Assembly (NCBI GenBank): GCA_965644495.1
Contig: CBFFSA010000010.1
Span: 702,818 to 766,817 of the forward strand
Origin: Perkinsela sp. CCAP 1560/9
Lineage: Eukaryota > Protista > Euglenozoa: Kinetoplastea
DNA length: 64,000 bases
Direction of reading: 5' to 3'
The notes below the pieces were generated by a model. That model was not told the origin of the DNA. It saw only the letters and a program-made list of their open reading frames with translations, and did not search any database. This document shows positions 1 to 9,863 of the stretch, in pieces (within the stretch, counting starts at the first letter, position 1; every line of letters starts with the position of its first letter). The position numbers and the translations under genes were made by a program.

Positions 1-775
1 TTGCTCTCAGAGCACTAAATCCGACATTTGCGCGTGGGAAATCACTCGTAGGCATGAATGAAAGCCTGCCGAACGTATTGGGTAGAGAATGCGACTCCAA
101 CCACACCATTCTTTCGTCACAAAAATGCCCCTTCAGGTCCGAAAAATACTTTTTCACCTTTTTTAGTCAAAAATGGGTCATTTTGAGGGGCGCACCACGG
201 TTTGAAGAAGTGATACCTTGAGAAAACAACTGCGTAGAAAGCTAGTGTAGGTCCCAAACTATCAAAATACAATAGGGGAAACGATTTTGGAAAAATATTC
301 TTTTTGTCATTTTTTTCGCCAAGTTGAATTTTTTTTCAAATTTTTTTTTCCGAAAATATCCGAACTTGGCGGACCCGTCATGCGGATACGCGGGGGGGTC
401 ACCCCCGGGTAGGGGGGTGGAAAATGCGCGCCAAGACCCCGGCTACCCTTTCTGCGGTTTTTTTTCGAAACTAATTTTTTCGAAAAATTTGCTCGACCAT
501 GACCCCCCGTGGACCTCCCCCTGGAACCCCCCCTGCACCCCCCCTGGACCCCCCCCCTGGACCCCGCCCATGGACCCCCCCTGGACCCCCCCCCTGGACC
601 CCGCCCTGGACCCCCCATGGACCCCTCCCCTGGACCCTCCACCTGGACCCCGCCCTGGACCCCCCCCCTGGACTCCCCTCCCCCCCTGGACCCCCCCCTG
701 GACCCCCCCCATGGACCCCCCCCCCTGGACCCCCCCCATGGACCCCCCATTTTTTTCAATTTTTTTTTTCAGTTA
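1..775 (-). repeat. Hairpin-ended interspersed repeat family (family H), reverse copy, truncated by window edge; contains C-rich GGACCCCCC tract
   Basis: Reverse complement of ~2984-3587 (1-60 matches 3528-3587 with one mismatch); homologous to 53054-53930 and 13101-13596. Confidence 0.9.
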
Positions 776-1572
776 TGGTTGGAGTCGCATTCTCTACCCA
801 ATACGTTCGTTAAGTTTTCATTCATGCCTACGAGTCATTTCCCACCCGCAAATATCAGATTTAGTGCTCTGAGAGCAAAAATACGCAGAAATCACCCCAT
901 TTTTGCCAGAAAATCGGCTATTTTTGGCTATAATCTTTACGTTTTCTTCAGTTTTCCTGGCCCCTTTTTTCTTTTTTAGGCTCTTCGTTAAACGCGGTGG
1001 TAGTCTTCAACGCGAAGCTCGCAACATGTGTGACTTCTAAGTTGAAAACAACCACCGCGTATAACGAAGAAACAAAAAATTTGCGGTAGTTGCACATATT
1101 ATAAATGTGCCGCTTAGTATGCATTATTGCGGTGGTTGTATAACTACCGCTGTACCCTCGAATATTGAAAAAAAAGTGAACAAAACAGTGAAAATATATA
1201 GAGGAACACGGTAATATAATAGAAGAAAAAAATGTAAAAGGGGGCTCCGGTGGTTCAAAAATGAAAAACAAATTGAAAAAAATGGGGGGTCTAGGGGTGG
1301 GGTCCATGGGGGGGGACATACCGCACGAATTTTTTTTCGAATTTTTTGCTTTTTCGAAATCGAGCGCAGGGAAGTGGTAGAGTAGGCCGCGGCGATAATT
1401 TTCCACCCCCCCCCAGGGGGTACGCCCTCTGATACGCGCAGGAGGGGTCCGACAAGGTCAAAATTTCCGAATTTTTAGGGTGACCAAAAAAAAAATTTGA
1501 CCCAAAAAAAAAAAAAAAATTATTTTTCCAAAATCGACTCCTAAAACGTATTTTAAGAGTTTTGGACCTCAG
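776..1572 (+). repeat. Rearranged family H segments: large hairpin (~966-1080) followed by a small-hairpin end copy (1126-1572)
   Basis: TTCGTTAAACGCGGTGG...CCACCGCGTATAACGAA stem; ATTGCGGTGGTTGTATAACTACCGC at 1126 matches 2851, 7554, 25247, 53054. Confidence 0.85.
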
Positions 1573-1712
1573 TTACCATTCTACGACGTTTGTTTCGACA
1601 TATAACACGTGATATTGGTGAGACGCAATTTGCGAAGCCCAACAATTCCACCATGCCCAACCCCTAGCAAAGCGATGACCTTGTTTACCCGTCTGCAAGA
1701 TAAAAATGTGTG

Positions 1713-1912
1713 CCCACTCGCACATTGATAATGCATAACGTGCCGCACATTGATAATGCATATAGCACATTGATAGTGCATACTAAGCGGCACATTAATA
1801 TTGCATAGTTACTGCACATTGATAATGCATATAGCACATTGATATTGCATACAGCACATTGATAATGCATACAGCACATTGATAATGCATACAGCACATT
1901 GATGATGCATTA
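1713..1912 (-). repeat. Degenerate 20-bp minisatellite (reverse of 2331-2830 unit) starting at a CCCACTCGCAC terminus
   Basis: Repeated GCACATTGATAATGCATA units. Confidence 0.85.
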
Positions 1913-1957
1913 TTTGGAAAATAAAGGTGTTTTCAAGAAATAGTGAACACTCGTCTC

Positions 1958-2230
1958 TGCTCCCGGTGAGGCCCCGGAGTTGCGAGAGGCCTCCATACCC
2001 CACAACTACCACCTTCCCCCCCTATTTAGCGGGGGTCGCGCGAGCGACCCCTGATAAATGGGGGGAAGGTGGTAGTTGTTTTGGGGAATATGAGAGGCCG
2101 AACGCACGGAGGGGCCGGCCGGGCCAGTGAACCCAGACACCATACCCAACCCCTAGCAAAGCCTAGACCTTGTTTACCCGTTTGCAAGACAAGAATGTGT
2201 GTCGTTAGTGGGAAGCAATTTGCGAAGTCG
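1958..2230 (+). repeat. ~170-nt rod-like imperfect palindrome (family G) plus ~100-bp associated repeat
   Basis: CCCGG...GGGGTCGC-GCGA-GCGACCCC...CCGGG; reverse copy at 8828-8998, partial copies at 18494-18630, 6901-6949, 18795-18821. Confidence 0.85.
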
Positions 2231-2330
2231 AAAGGCTGTGTGATATTAGTGTAACGAACATAAGTACATGCCCGTGTATATAAAGGACGCACATTTATGG
2301 ATAAGAATCGGATGTCTTTGTCACTCTTAT

Positions 2331-2830
2331 CAATGTGCTATATGCATTATCAATGTGCTATATGCATTATCAATGTGCTATATGCATTATCAATGTGCTA
2401 TATGCATTATCAATGTGCTATATGCATTATCAATGTGCTATATGCATTATCAATGTGCTATATGCATTATCAATGTGCTATATGCATTATCAATGTGCTA
2501 TATGCAATATCAATGTGCTATATGCATTATCAATGTGCTATATGCATTATCAATGTGCTATATGCATTATCAATGTGCTATATGCATTATCAATGTGCTA
2601 TATGCATTATCAATGTGCTATATGCAATATCAATGTGCTATATGCAATATCAATGTGCTATATGCATTATCAATGTGCTATATGCAATATCAATGTGCTA
2701 TATGCATTATCAATGTGCTATATGCATTATCAATGTGCTATATGCATTATCAATGTGCTATATGCATTATCAATGTGCTATATGCATTATCAGTGTGCTA
2801 TATGCATTATCAATGTGCTATATGCATTAT
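2331..2830 (+). repeat. 20-bp minisatellite (CAATGTGCTATATGCATTAT) x25
   Basis: Near-perfect tandem array with occasional TATGCAATAT variants. Confidence 0.98.
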
Positions 2831-2850
2831 CAAAGTGCCGCTTAGTATGC

Positions 2851-3786
2851 ATTGCGGTGGTTGTAAAACTACCGCTCTACACTCGATTATTGATAAAAAA
2901 GTGAACAAAAACAGTGAAAATATAAAGAGGAACACAGTAATATAATAGAAGAAAAAAATATAAAAGGGGGCTCCGGTGGTCCAAAACTGAAAATTTTTTT
3001 TGAAAAAAATGGGGGGTCCATGGGGGGGGTCCATGGGGGGGGTCCAGGGGGGGGGTCCAGGGGGGGGGTCCAGGGGGGGGGGGGCATGGTCGAGCAAATT
3101 TTTTCGAAAAAATTAGTTTTCGAAAAAAAACCGCAGAAAGGGTAGCCGGGGTCTTGGCGCGCATTTTCCACCCCCCTACCCGGGGTTGACCCCCCCGCGT
3201 ATCCGCAGGACGGGTCCGCCAAGTTCGGAATTTTTCGGAAAAAATTTTTTGAAAAAAATTTCAACTTGGCGAAAAAAATGACAAAAAAAATATTTTTCCA
3301 AAATCGTTTCCCCTATTGTATTTTGATAGTTTGGGACCTACACTAGCTTTCTACGCAGTTGTTTTCGCAAGGTATCACTTCTTCGAACTGTGGTGCGCCC
3401 CTCAAAATGACCCATTTTTGACTAAAAAAGGTGAAAAAGTATTTTTCGGACCTAAAGGGGCATTTTTGTGTCGAAAGAATGGTATGGTTGGAGTCGCATT
3501 CTCTACCCAATACGTTCGGTAGGCTTTCATTCATGCCTGCGAGTGATTTCCCACGCGCAAATGTCGGATTTAGTGCTCTGAGAGCAAAAATATGCGAAAA
3601 TGACCCCATTTGTACCCGAAATTCGGCTATTTTTGGCTATAATCTTTCCGTTTTCCCGGCTAAATTTTCTTTTTTAGGCTCTTCGTTAAACGCGGCGGTA
3701 GTTTTCAACGCGAAGCGCGCAGCACGAGTGACTTCTAAGTTGAAAGCAACCACCGCGTTTAACGAAGAGCCTAAAAAAGAAATTTT
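2851..3786 (+). mobile_element. Full-length family H element (small terminal hairpin, G-tract, large terminal hairpin); candidate non-autonomous Helitron2/Helentron
   Basis: 5' hairpin GCGGTGGTT-GTAA-AACTACCGC; ~45-bp-stem palindrome at 3663-3786; colinear with 53054-53930. Confidence 0.65.
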
Positions 3787-3916
3787 ATCAATGTGCGGGC
3801 GCCGTGTCGTTAGTGGGAAGCAATTTGCGAAGCCCAACAATTCCACCATGCCCAACCCCTAGCAGAGAGATGACCTTGTTTACCCGTCTGCATGATAAAA
3901 ATGTGTGTCGTTAGTT

Positions 3917-4530
3917 AAAAGGGGCATTTTTGTGACGAAAGAATGGTGTGGTTGGAGTCGCATTCTCTACCCAATACGTTCGGTAGGCTTCCATTCATCC
4001 CTACGAGTGATTTCCCACGCGCAAATGTCGGATTTAGTGCTCTGACAGCAAACATACGCGAAAATCACCCCTTTTTTACCCGAAAATCGGCTATTTTTGG
4101 CCATAATCTTTCCGTTTTCCAGGCTAAATTTTGCATAAGTAAAGGAATCTTTTTTATACTCTTCGTTAAAAGCGGCGGTAGTTTTCAACGCAAAGCGCGC
4201 AGCATGAGTGACTTCTAAGTTGAAAACAACCACTGCGTTTAACGAAGAGCATAAAAAAGATTCCTTTACTTATGTATTATTCCTTTACTTATGCAATATT
4301 CCTTTACTTATTCAATATTCGTTGACTTCCACCGCTATTTTCGCCCTCCCCAAATTGACCAAAAAATGCGAAATAGTAATTTTGGTACCCAAAGGGGTCT
4401 TTTTGTGTCGGAAGAATGGTGTGGTTGGAGCTGCATTCTCTACCCGTTACGCTCTGTGGCGTTGAATTCATGCGTACGAGTGATTTCGCACACGCAAATA
4501 TCGGATTTGGTGCTCTGAGAGCAAAAACGT
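3917..4530 (+). repeat. Further partial family H copies with a large hairpin (~4147-4262) and 19-bp repeats
   Basis: Similarity to 3455-3786; TTCCTTTACTTATGCA units at 4261-4320. Confidence 0.75.
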
Positions 4531-4553
4531 CCAGAAATCGACTGTTTCTAATA

Positions 4554-4790
4554 CAGTGGTTTCAAGATATCTTCTCTCCCTGCGGAATTTTGAGTTTTTT
4601 TGTCTGTTTTTTTCTCATTTTCGCAGCATTGGATAGATCTCGTTTCTCTTCTGAAGCGCTTTGCTGCCCTTTTTTTGTAGGGGCCCCCTGGTACCCCCTG
4701 GGTCCAAAACACATGGTTTTAGACTTCCTTTCAAGGTTCGTATTTATCAAAAATCTGGTTTTGGCTGTTTTTCGTGTCATCATATGAGCA
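4554..4790 (+). mobile_element. Solo left end of a Tc1-like MITE related to 43168-44114
   Basis: TA-CAGTGG start; GCAGCATTGGATAGATCTCG...GCTTTGCTGCC...CCCCCTGG resembles the TIR at 43168-43305. Confidence 0.6.
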
Positions 4791-5093
4791 CTAGGGAGTC
4801 CCTATCCAAACTATCACAACATCGAGACTAAAACTATTCGAACAGTACATAATGCCCTAAATAGAGAGCAACGAGGCTCTTATGGAAAAAATATCCAGTT
4901 GCTACATGCATCATCCCACCTCGATCGAAAAAGGTCCTTCGAGTCTCTTTGAAACCGCGCAAAACCGTGCTCAGACCGCCCGAAACCGAGTTGAAACAGC
5001 ACCCGCAGCCCCTCACTTATCAAAACTGGATTTTCGAACAGGGAATTAAATGAGGCTCCATCAAAAATGTCTGCAAGTGCTACGTTGCAAAAA

Positions 5094-5165
5094 AGCCTAC
5101 TACGAGGATTGAACTCGTGACCTTCGCTTTACAAGAGCGACGCACTACCACTGTGCTAAACAGGC
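5094..5165 (-). tRNA. tRNA-Thr(TGT)
   Basis: GCCTGTT/AGTAGGC acceptor stem; TCGCT-CTTGTAA-AGCGA anticodon arm; GTTCAATCC T-loop; downstream T-run terminator. Confidence 0.95.
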
Positions 5166-5251
5166 CTAGGAGGTGTCTGGTGCAGCCTTGCTAACGTAAG
5201 AAGTTACGTAAAATTTCCATCCCACAGCAACGTGTCATACTCTCCAGGGAA

Positions 5252-5322
5252 GCGTTGGTGGTGCAGTGGCAACATGGTACCCTCCCAAGGTATTGACCCG
5301 GGTTCGATTCCCGGCCAACGCA
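5252..5322 (+). tRNA. tRNA-Gly(CCC)
   Basis: GCGTTGG/CCAACGC acceptor stem; GTACC-CTCCCAA-GGTAT anticodon arm; GGTTCGATTCC; followed by TTTT. Confidence 0.95.
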
Positions 5323-5345
5323 TTTTCGCTCGCACGGTCTAAAAA

Positions 5346-5417
5346 AGCCACGTGCGAGAATCGAACTCGCGACCCCCAGTTTACGAGACTGGTGCACTGC
5401 CACTGTGCTAACGTGGC
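5346..5417 (-). tRNA. tRNA-Thr(CGT)
   Basis: GCCACGT/ACGTGGC acceptor stem; CCAGT-CTCGTAA-ACTGG anticodon arm; GTTCGATTC; T-run terminator. Confidence 0.95.
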
Positions 5418-5509
5418 CCTGAACCGGGTGCGCAGTACGTTTGTTTTACCCAGTTACATCTCTACGTATCTCTCCCGGGTACGCATCTCATTCGAACATA
5501 CTGCAGTCA

Positions 5510-5592
5510 GGCAAGATGGCCGAGTGGTCTAAGGCGGGAGACTCAAGATCTCTTCCACCCTGTGGGCGAGGGTTCGAACCCCTCTCTTGTCA
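5510..5592 (+). tRNA. tRNA-Leu(CAA)
   Basis: GGCAAGA/TCTTGTC acceptor stem; GGAGA-CTCAAGA-TCTCT anticodon arm; long variable arm; GGTTCGAACCC; followed by TTTT. Confidence 0.95.
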
Positions 5593-5759
5593 TTTTCGGG
5601 CAAGCATTACACGGCCGTTTACTGCCTGCAATTGAATCAGCGGCTGATTGTAAAGGGGGGGCGGATATACACTATCGTTCAGCTCTAAGCCCCCGCCCTT
5701 TATTTTTCGGTCGCTCGTCGGTTTGACCTAATTCCAGCGGCAAACGAGAGATTTGCCCC

Positions 5760-6370
5760 CGAGTTCTTGCCGTGCTAAGGCATTTTTACCCTTTTGAGGA
5801 AATTTTTACCAGCTTTCTTTTTTTACGATGCGGGGGTAGTTACGACATCACCTCTGAACTTGCTGTTAAAATTTGGCCCAGGATGGTCTGAACGCTCTTG
5901 TGTCGACAAAATACCGGCTTTTTTCAAGAAAATGTATCAGAATATGAAAGAATCTTGGTTGTCCCTTGACTCTGATATTCTTTTTCACGAAGCTAACACT
6001 GCATTTCCTTTCTGGGATAAAGATGTTACAGTGGCTTTGGACACTGTCCCTCTTTTTGTTGATAGTTTACCTCGTTGTTACCAGCCAAAGTACGCTACGC
6101 ACGTAGTTAAGGCTCTCGTGGCGTGTACAATGTCAGGATTTGTTTGCTTCACATCTGACACTTTGTATTGTGGAGCATCTTCGGATGCAGTTATTCAAGA
6201 TCACAGCGGGGTCCTCAGTTTTTTGTCGAAATGCAATCTTCGCGCTCTTGCGGATGGGGGGTTTTATGACAGTCGCACTAATAGGCTGATACTGCCTCAT
6301 TCAAAGGAGCCTGTGCAAGTCTTGGTTGGCATGAATTGGCATAAGTTGGCATGAGTAGCCATATTTTTGT
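5760..6370 (+). pseudogene. PIF/Harbinger (IS5-like, DDE_Tnp_4) transposase fragment, copy 1
   Basis: ALDTVP...KY..H.VKALV.C...G..CF.S..Y.G..SD...LADGGF motifs; near-identical to 20568-21210; truncated before the catalytic E region. Confidence 0.7.
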
Positions 6371-6420
6371 TGACAGTTTTTATTGACAGTACCCTTTTAT
6401 ACCCATGGTGGGGAACGGTC

Positions 6421-6477
6421 AAAGTAAAGGAATATTGCATAAGTAAAGGAATAATGCATAAGTAAAGGAATAATGCA
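6421..6477 (-). repeat. 19-bp repeat (reverse of 7040-7137 unit)
   Basis: AAGTAAAGGAATAATGCAT x3. Confidence 0.85.
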
Positions 6478-7039
6478 GAAGTGAAATTTTGACCCCCGAC
6501 CCCCTTATATGAGATCTCTGATTCTGAAAAATAAATAGAAGCCATGTGGAGATCTACACTTATACTACCTAAGAACCCTGTCTTTTTCAAGTTTATGAAC
6601 AAAGTTTGGCCAGACTAGAGACGAGACATTTGTTCCAAAAAAAATCTTTTTGGAAAATGGTCGGGTATACTATGCCTGGTTACCGATTGTAAAATCAAAG
6701 TAAATATATATACGGGCTAGTTGGGTTCTAAATCTGTCACTATGCACTAGTTTTACATACAAGTAAGACTTTTCATATAGAGAGTAGGTCCGCCAAAACA
6801 GCGAATAACGGTCATTTTGGGCGATTTTCTCGAGAAATGCTCATTTTGGCCCGTTTTAGGCCACTTTTGGAGGGTCACCCCTTATATCAAAGTGATGATT
6901 TCCCGGTGAGGCCCCGGAGTTGCGAGAGGCCTCCATACCCCACAACTACATGATATATTGTTAACGCATTCGAAATGATCACAGCCTTCACAGCTCCAGT
7001 TTACATCACTTTGCGACATCCAATAAAGCAAAAAAGCAA

Positions 7040-7137
7040 TATTCCTTTACTTATGCATTATTCCTTTACTTATGCATTATTCCTTTACTTATGCATTATT
7101 CCTTTACTTATGCATTATTCCTTTACTTATGCAATAT
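7040..7137 (+). repeat. 19-bp minisatellite (TCCTTTACTTATGCATTAT) x~5
   Basis: Direct tandem repeats. Confidence 0.9.
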
Positions 7138-7421
7138 TCGTTGACTTCCACCGTGGGGAACCACAGGCTGAGTTACCTCAACTCGGAGCGTACGACGCTC
7201 GCAATGCGCATTACGTTTGTTGAACGAAAATGCGTTGCTTCCACCACTTCCATCTCCAAAAAAAATATAAAGTTGATAAAAAAGGGGGGGAAAGTTACCA
7301 TAAATTGTACAAGTTACCACAAATTGTACGCGAAAACTGGGTTTTCGAAAGTAGCCATAAAATGTACAAGTTACCCAAAAATGCATGAAAAAAAAAGAGA
7401 ACGGGGAGGTGTTTTTCCTGG

Positions 7422-7553
7422 CACACGCACCCTTATAACGCATAAAACTCGCACCCTTATAATGCATAATGTAACCTGATAATGTATAATGTAACCTGAT
7501 AACGCATAATGTAACCCGATAATGTACCTGATAATGCATAATGTAACCGGATA
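7422..7553 (-). repeat. 24-bp and 20-bp repeats containing ATAATGCATA
   Basis: 7430-7468 is an exact inverted copy of 9142-9180; ATAATGTAACCTGATA units follow. Confidence 0.85.
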
Positions 7554-7776
7554 ATTGCGGTGGTTGTAAAACTACCGCTCTACACTCGATTGCGGTGGTT
7601 GTAAAACTACCGCTCTACACTCGATTATTGAAAAAAAAGTGAACAAAAACAGTGAAAATAAAAAGAGGAACAGAGTAATATAATAGAAGAAAAAAATATA
7701 AAAGGGGGCTCCGGTGGACCAAAACTGAAAAAAAAATTGAAAAAAATGGGGGGTCCATGGGGGGGGTCCAGGGGGG
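7554..7776 (+). repeat. Truncated family H copy with duplicated small terminal hairpin
   Basis: ATTGCGGTGGTTGTAAAACTACCGCTCTACACTCG twice (7554, 7589). Confidence 0.85.
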
Positions 7777-7825
7777 CCCACTCGCACCCTTATCTGTCAG
7801 CATCGTTATCTCCCAGCATTGTTAA

Positions 7826-8323
7826 CATCGGGAACGATACAGTGATTGGGAGTGTGATCTAATAGAAGGTACACGCCACAGTGGATACTTTCTTACCCTG
7901 GTTGAGCGCAAAAGTTGTTTCGGGATCCTGAAAAAGATATCATGCAAGAAATCGACTCTTGTAGCAGAGACTATCACCAGCGCCCTTCAAGGCTTTTTGG
8001 TACGGACACTCACATATGATAATGGAACGCAATTCGCGAAGCACGAGAGCGTAAATCGTTCCCTTAATTGCTCGTCGTACTTTTGTAAACGGTACGCGAG
8101 CTGGGAAAAGGGTGGTGTCGAAAATTTCAATGGCGTCGTCAGAGATTTCTACCCAAAGTCTCATCCTTTCAGTAATATATCCCAAGCAGACCTTGATTCC
8201 GTATCCAGCAATATCAATGCTCGACCGAAAGTGGTGCTCCAAGACCAGTCCCCATCTGAGTTTGTGCAAAACTTACGGAAAATTCGACCGCAAATTCTCT
8301 TGGACAGCTCGCAGGAATCTTAA
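7826..8323 (+). pseudogene. IS30-family transposase catalytic core (5'-truncated)
   Basis: Open frame from 7826: RERYSDWECDLIEG...LTLVERKS...TLTYDNGTQFAKH...YFCKRYASWEKGGVENFNG..R.FYPK...NINARPK; second D to E spacing is 33. Confidence 0.85.
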
Positions 8324-8479
8324 ATCTCTTTTCGTGTGCGTGGGCTTCTTACTTCAAATATTGTGTCATAAAACACTAATTTCCTATGAAACTGTGCGGC
8401 CTTGTTTGTATTGGATATTTGCATTTCGTGTGCGTTCTTGCATTGAATGTCGTTTTCTTTACGTATATGGGCTTCAAAA

Positions 8480-8998
8480 GGTCTTGGCTTTATTACGGGT
8501 TGGGTATGGTGGAAAAGTTGGGCTCAGTCAGAAAAGTTGGGCTTCAGTCGTCTTGGCTTTGTAAGGGATTGGGTATGATGGAAAAATTGGGCTACGCAAA
8601 TTGCTTCCCACTAACGACACACATTTTTGTCTTGCAGACGCGTAAACAAGGTCTTGGCTTTTCTAGGGGTTGGGTATGATGGAAAGGTTGGGCTTCGCAA
8701 ATTGCTTCCCACTAACGACACACATTTGTGTCTCGCAGACGGGTAAACAAAGTCTTGGCTTTTCTAGGGGTCGGGTATGATGGAAAAGTTGAGCTTCGCA
8801 AATTGCTTCCCACTAACGTCAGACTCAGTGGCCCGGCCGGCCCCTCCGTGCGTTCGGCCTCTCATATTCCCCAAAACAACTACCACCTTCCCCCCATTTA
8901 TCAGGGGTCGCTCGCGCGACCCCGGCTAAATAGGGGGGGAAGGTGGTAGTTGTGGGATATGCAGGCCTCTCGCAACTCCGGGGCCTCACCGGGAGCAG
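8480..8998 (-). repeat. ~100-bp tandem repeats plus reverse family G rod palindrome
   Basis: CGCAAATTGCTTCCCACTAACG x3; 8828-8998 is the reverse complement of 1958-2128. Confidence 0.85.
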
Positions 8999-9234
8999 GA
9001 ATGAAATACTAGCGCTCTTTAACTTGTTTCTCCCCTCCACTTTTTTTCTTTTTAACTTATTTCCCCCCCTCCACTTTTTTTTCATGGGGTCGATTTTTTT
9101 TCGAGGGGCGGTCACTTTTTTTTTGAGGGGCTCGCAAAAAATATGCATTATAAGGGTGCGAGTTTTATGCGTTATAAGGGTGCGAGTTTTTATGCATTAT
9201 CAGTGGGACAATATGCATTATCAGTGGGACAAGA

Positions 9235-9863
9235 TTATTGACACGGCCAACACGTCAAGCACACGCGGTTGTCCCTCCTGGAATTTTATACTTCGAGAGG
9301 TCAGGAAACGAGGTTTCACCTGCAGCAGGCCAACTGTAGTATATTTTTTGAAGGACGCAGGGATAATCCAACGTTCTTTTTCGAAAGGCCTTTTTTTAAC
9401 TGAATCTCATAAGGCCAAGCGACTAACCTTTGCATTGAAAATGCAGAAGTGGTCTGTCGCACAGCTTCGTCACATAATTTGGTGTGACGAAAAAAAATTC
9501 ACTTGCCAGCTTGGACAGGAAAGCCGCTCGTACATTTGCAGAGCAAGTGACCCCCCGAAACCACCTCTAAAAGCTTCGCACAAGTGGTTTGGGGGGGATG
9601 GAGTGAACGTTTGGATGGGTATAAGCTTTATTTATGGAATTTTTTATCATGTTTTTCCAAACAGGGACAGTAATGGGAAAATTACCATCACTTCAGATGT
9701 TTTTAAATGCGCGATGACAAAAAGAGGGGGTTTTTTAAGTTTCTTAAAGCGTCATAGCGGGGCCCGGGTTGCTACGGATAATGCTCCTTGCCACAATGGC
9801 AGTTTTAGAACCTTTAAAGAAAACGAAGTCGTTGTTTTGGACTTTCCCCCAAAATCCCCAGAT
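9235..9863 (+). pseudogene. Tc1/IS630-like transposase fragment (5' part of ORF 8943-10352)
   Basis: HTH-like segment; HKAKRLTFA; IIWCDEKKF; VNVWMGIS; TDNAPCH; FPPKSPD; breaks before the catalytic E. Confidence 0.85.

Noticed and set aside
307-979. Gly- or Pro-rich ORFs
   Set aside because: Translations of the GGACCCCCC repeat tract in a multicopy non-coding family
2331-2830. CRISPR array
   Set aside because: Units are identical with no unique spacers; no cas genes; eukaryotic context
2268-2945. Cys/Tyr-rich ORFs (CAICIINVLYALSMCYMHYQ)n
   Set aside because: Artefact of a stop-free 20-bp tandem repeat; the same peptide appears in all three frames
5593-5760. snRNA or 7SL gene next to the tRNAs
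   Set aside because: No recognisable U6 ACAGAG, U2, U5 loop or SRP motifs by eye; an Infernal search would be needed
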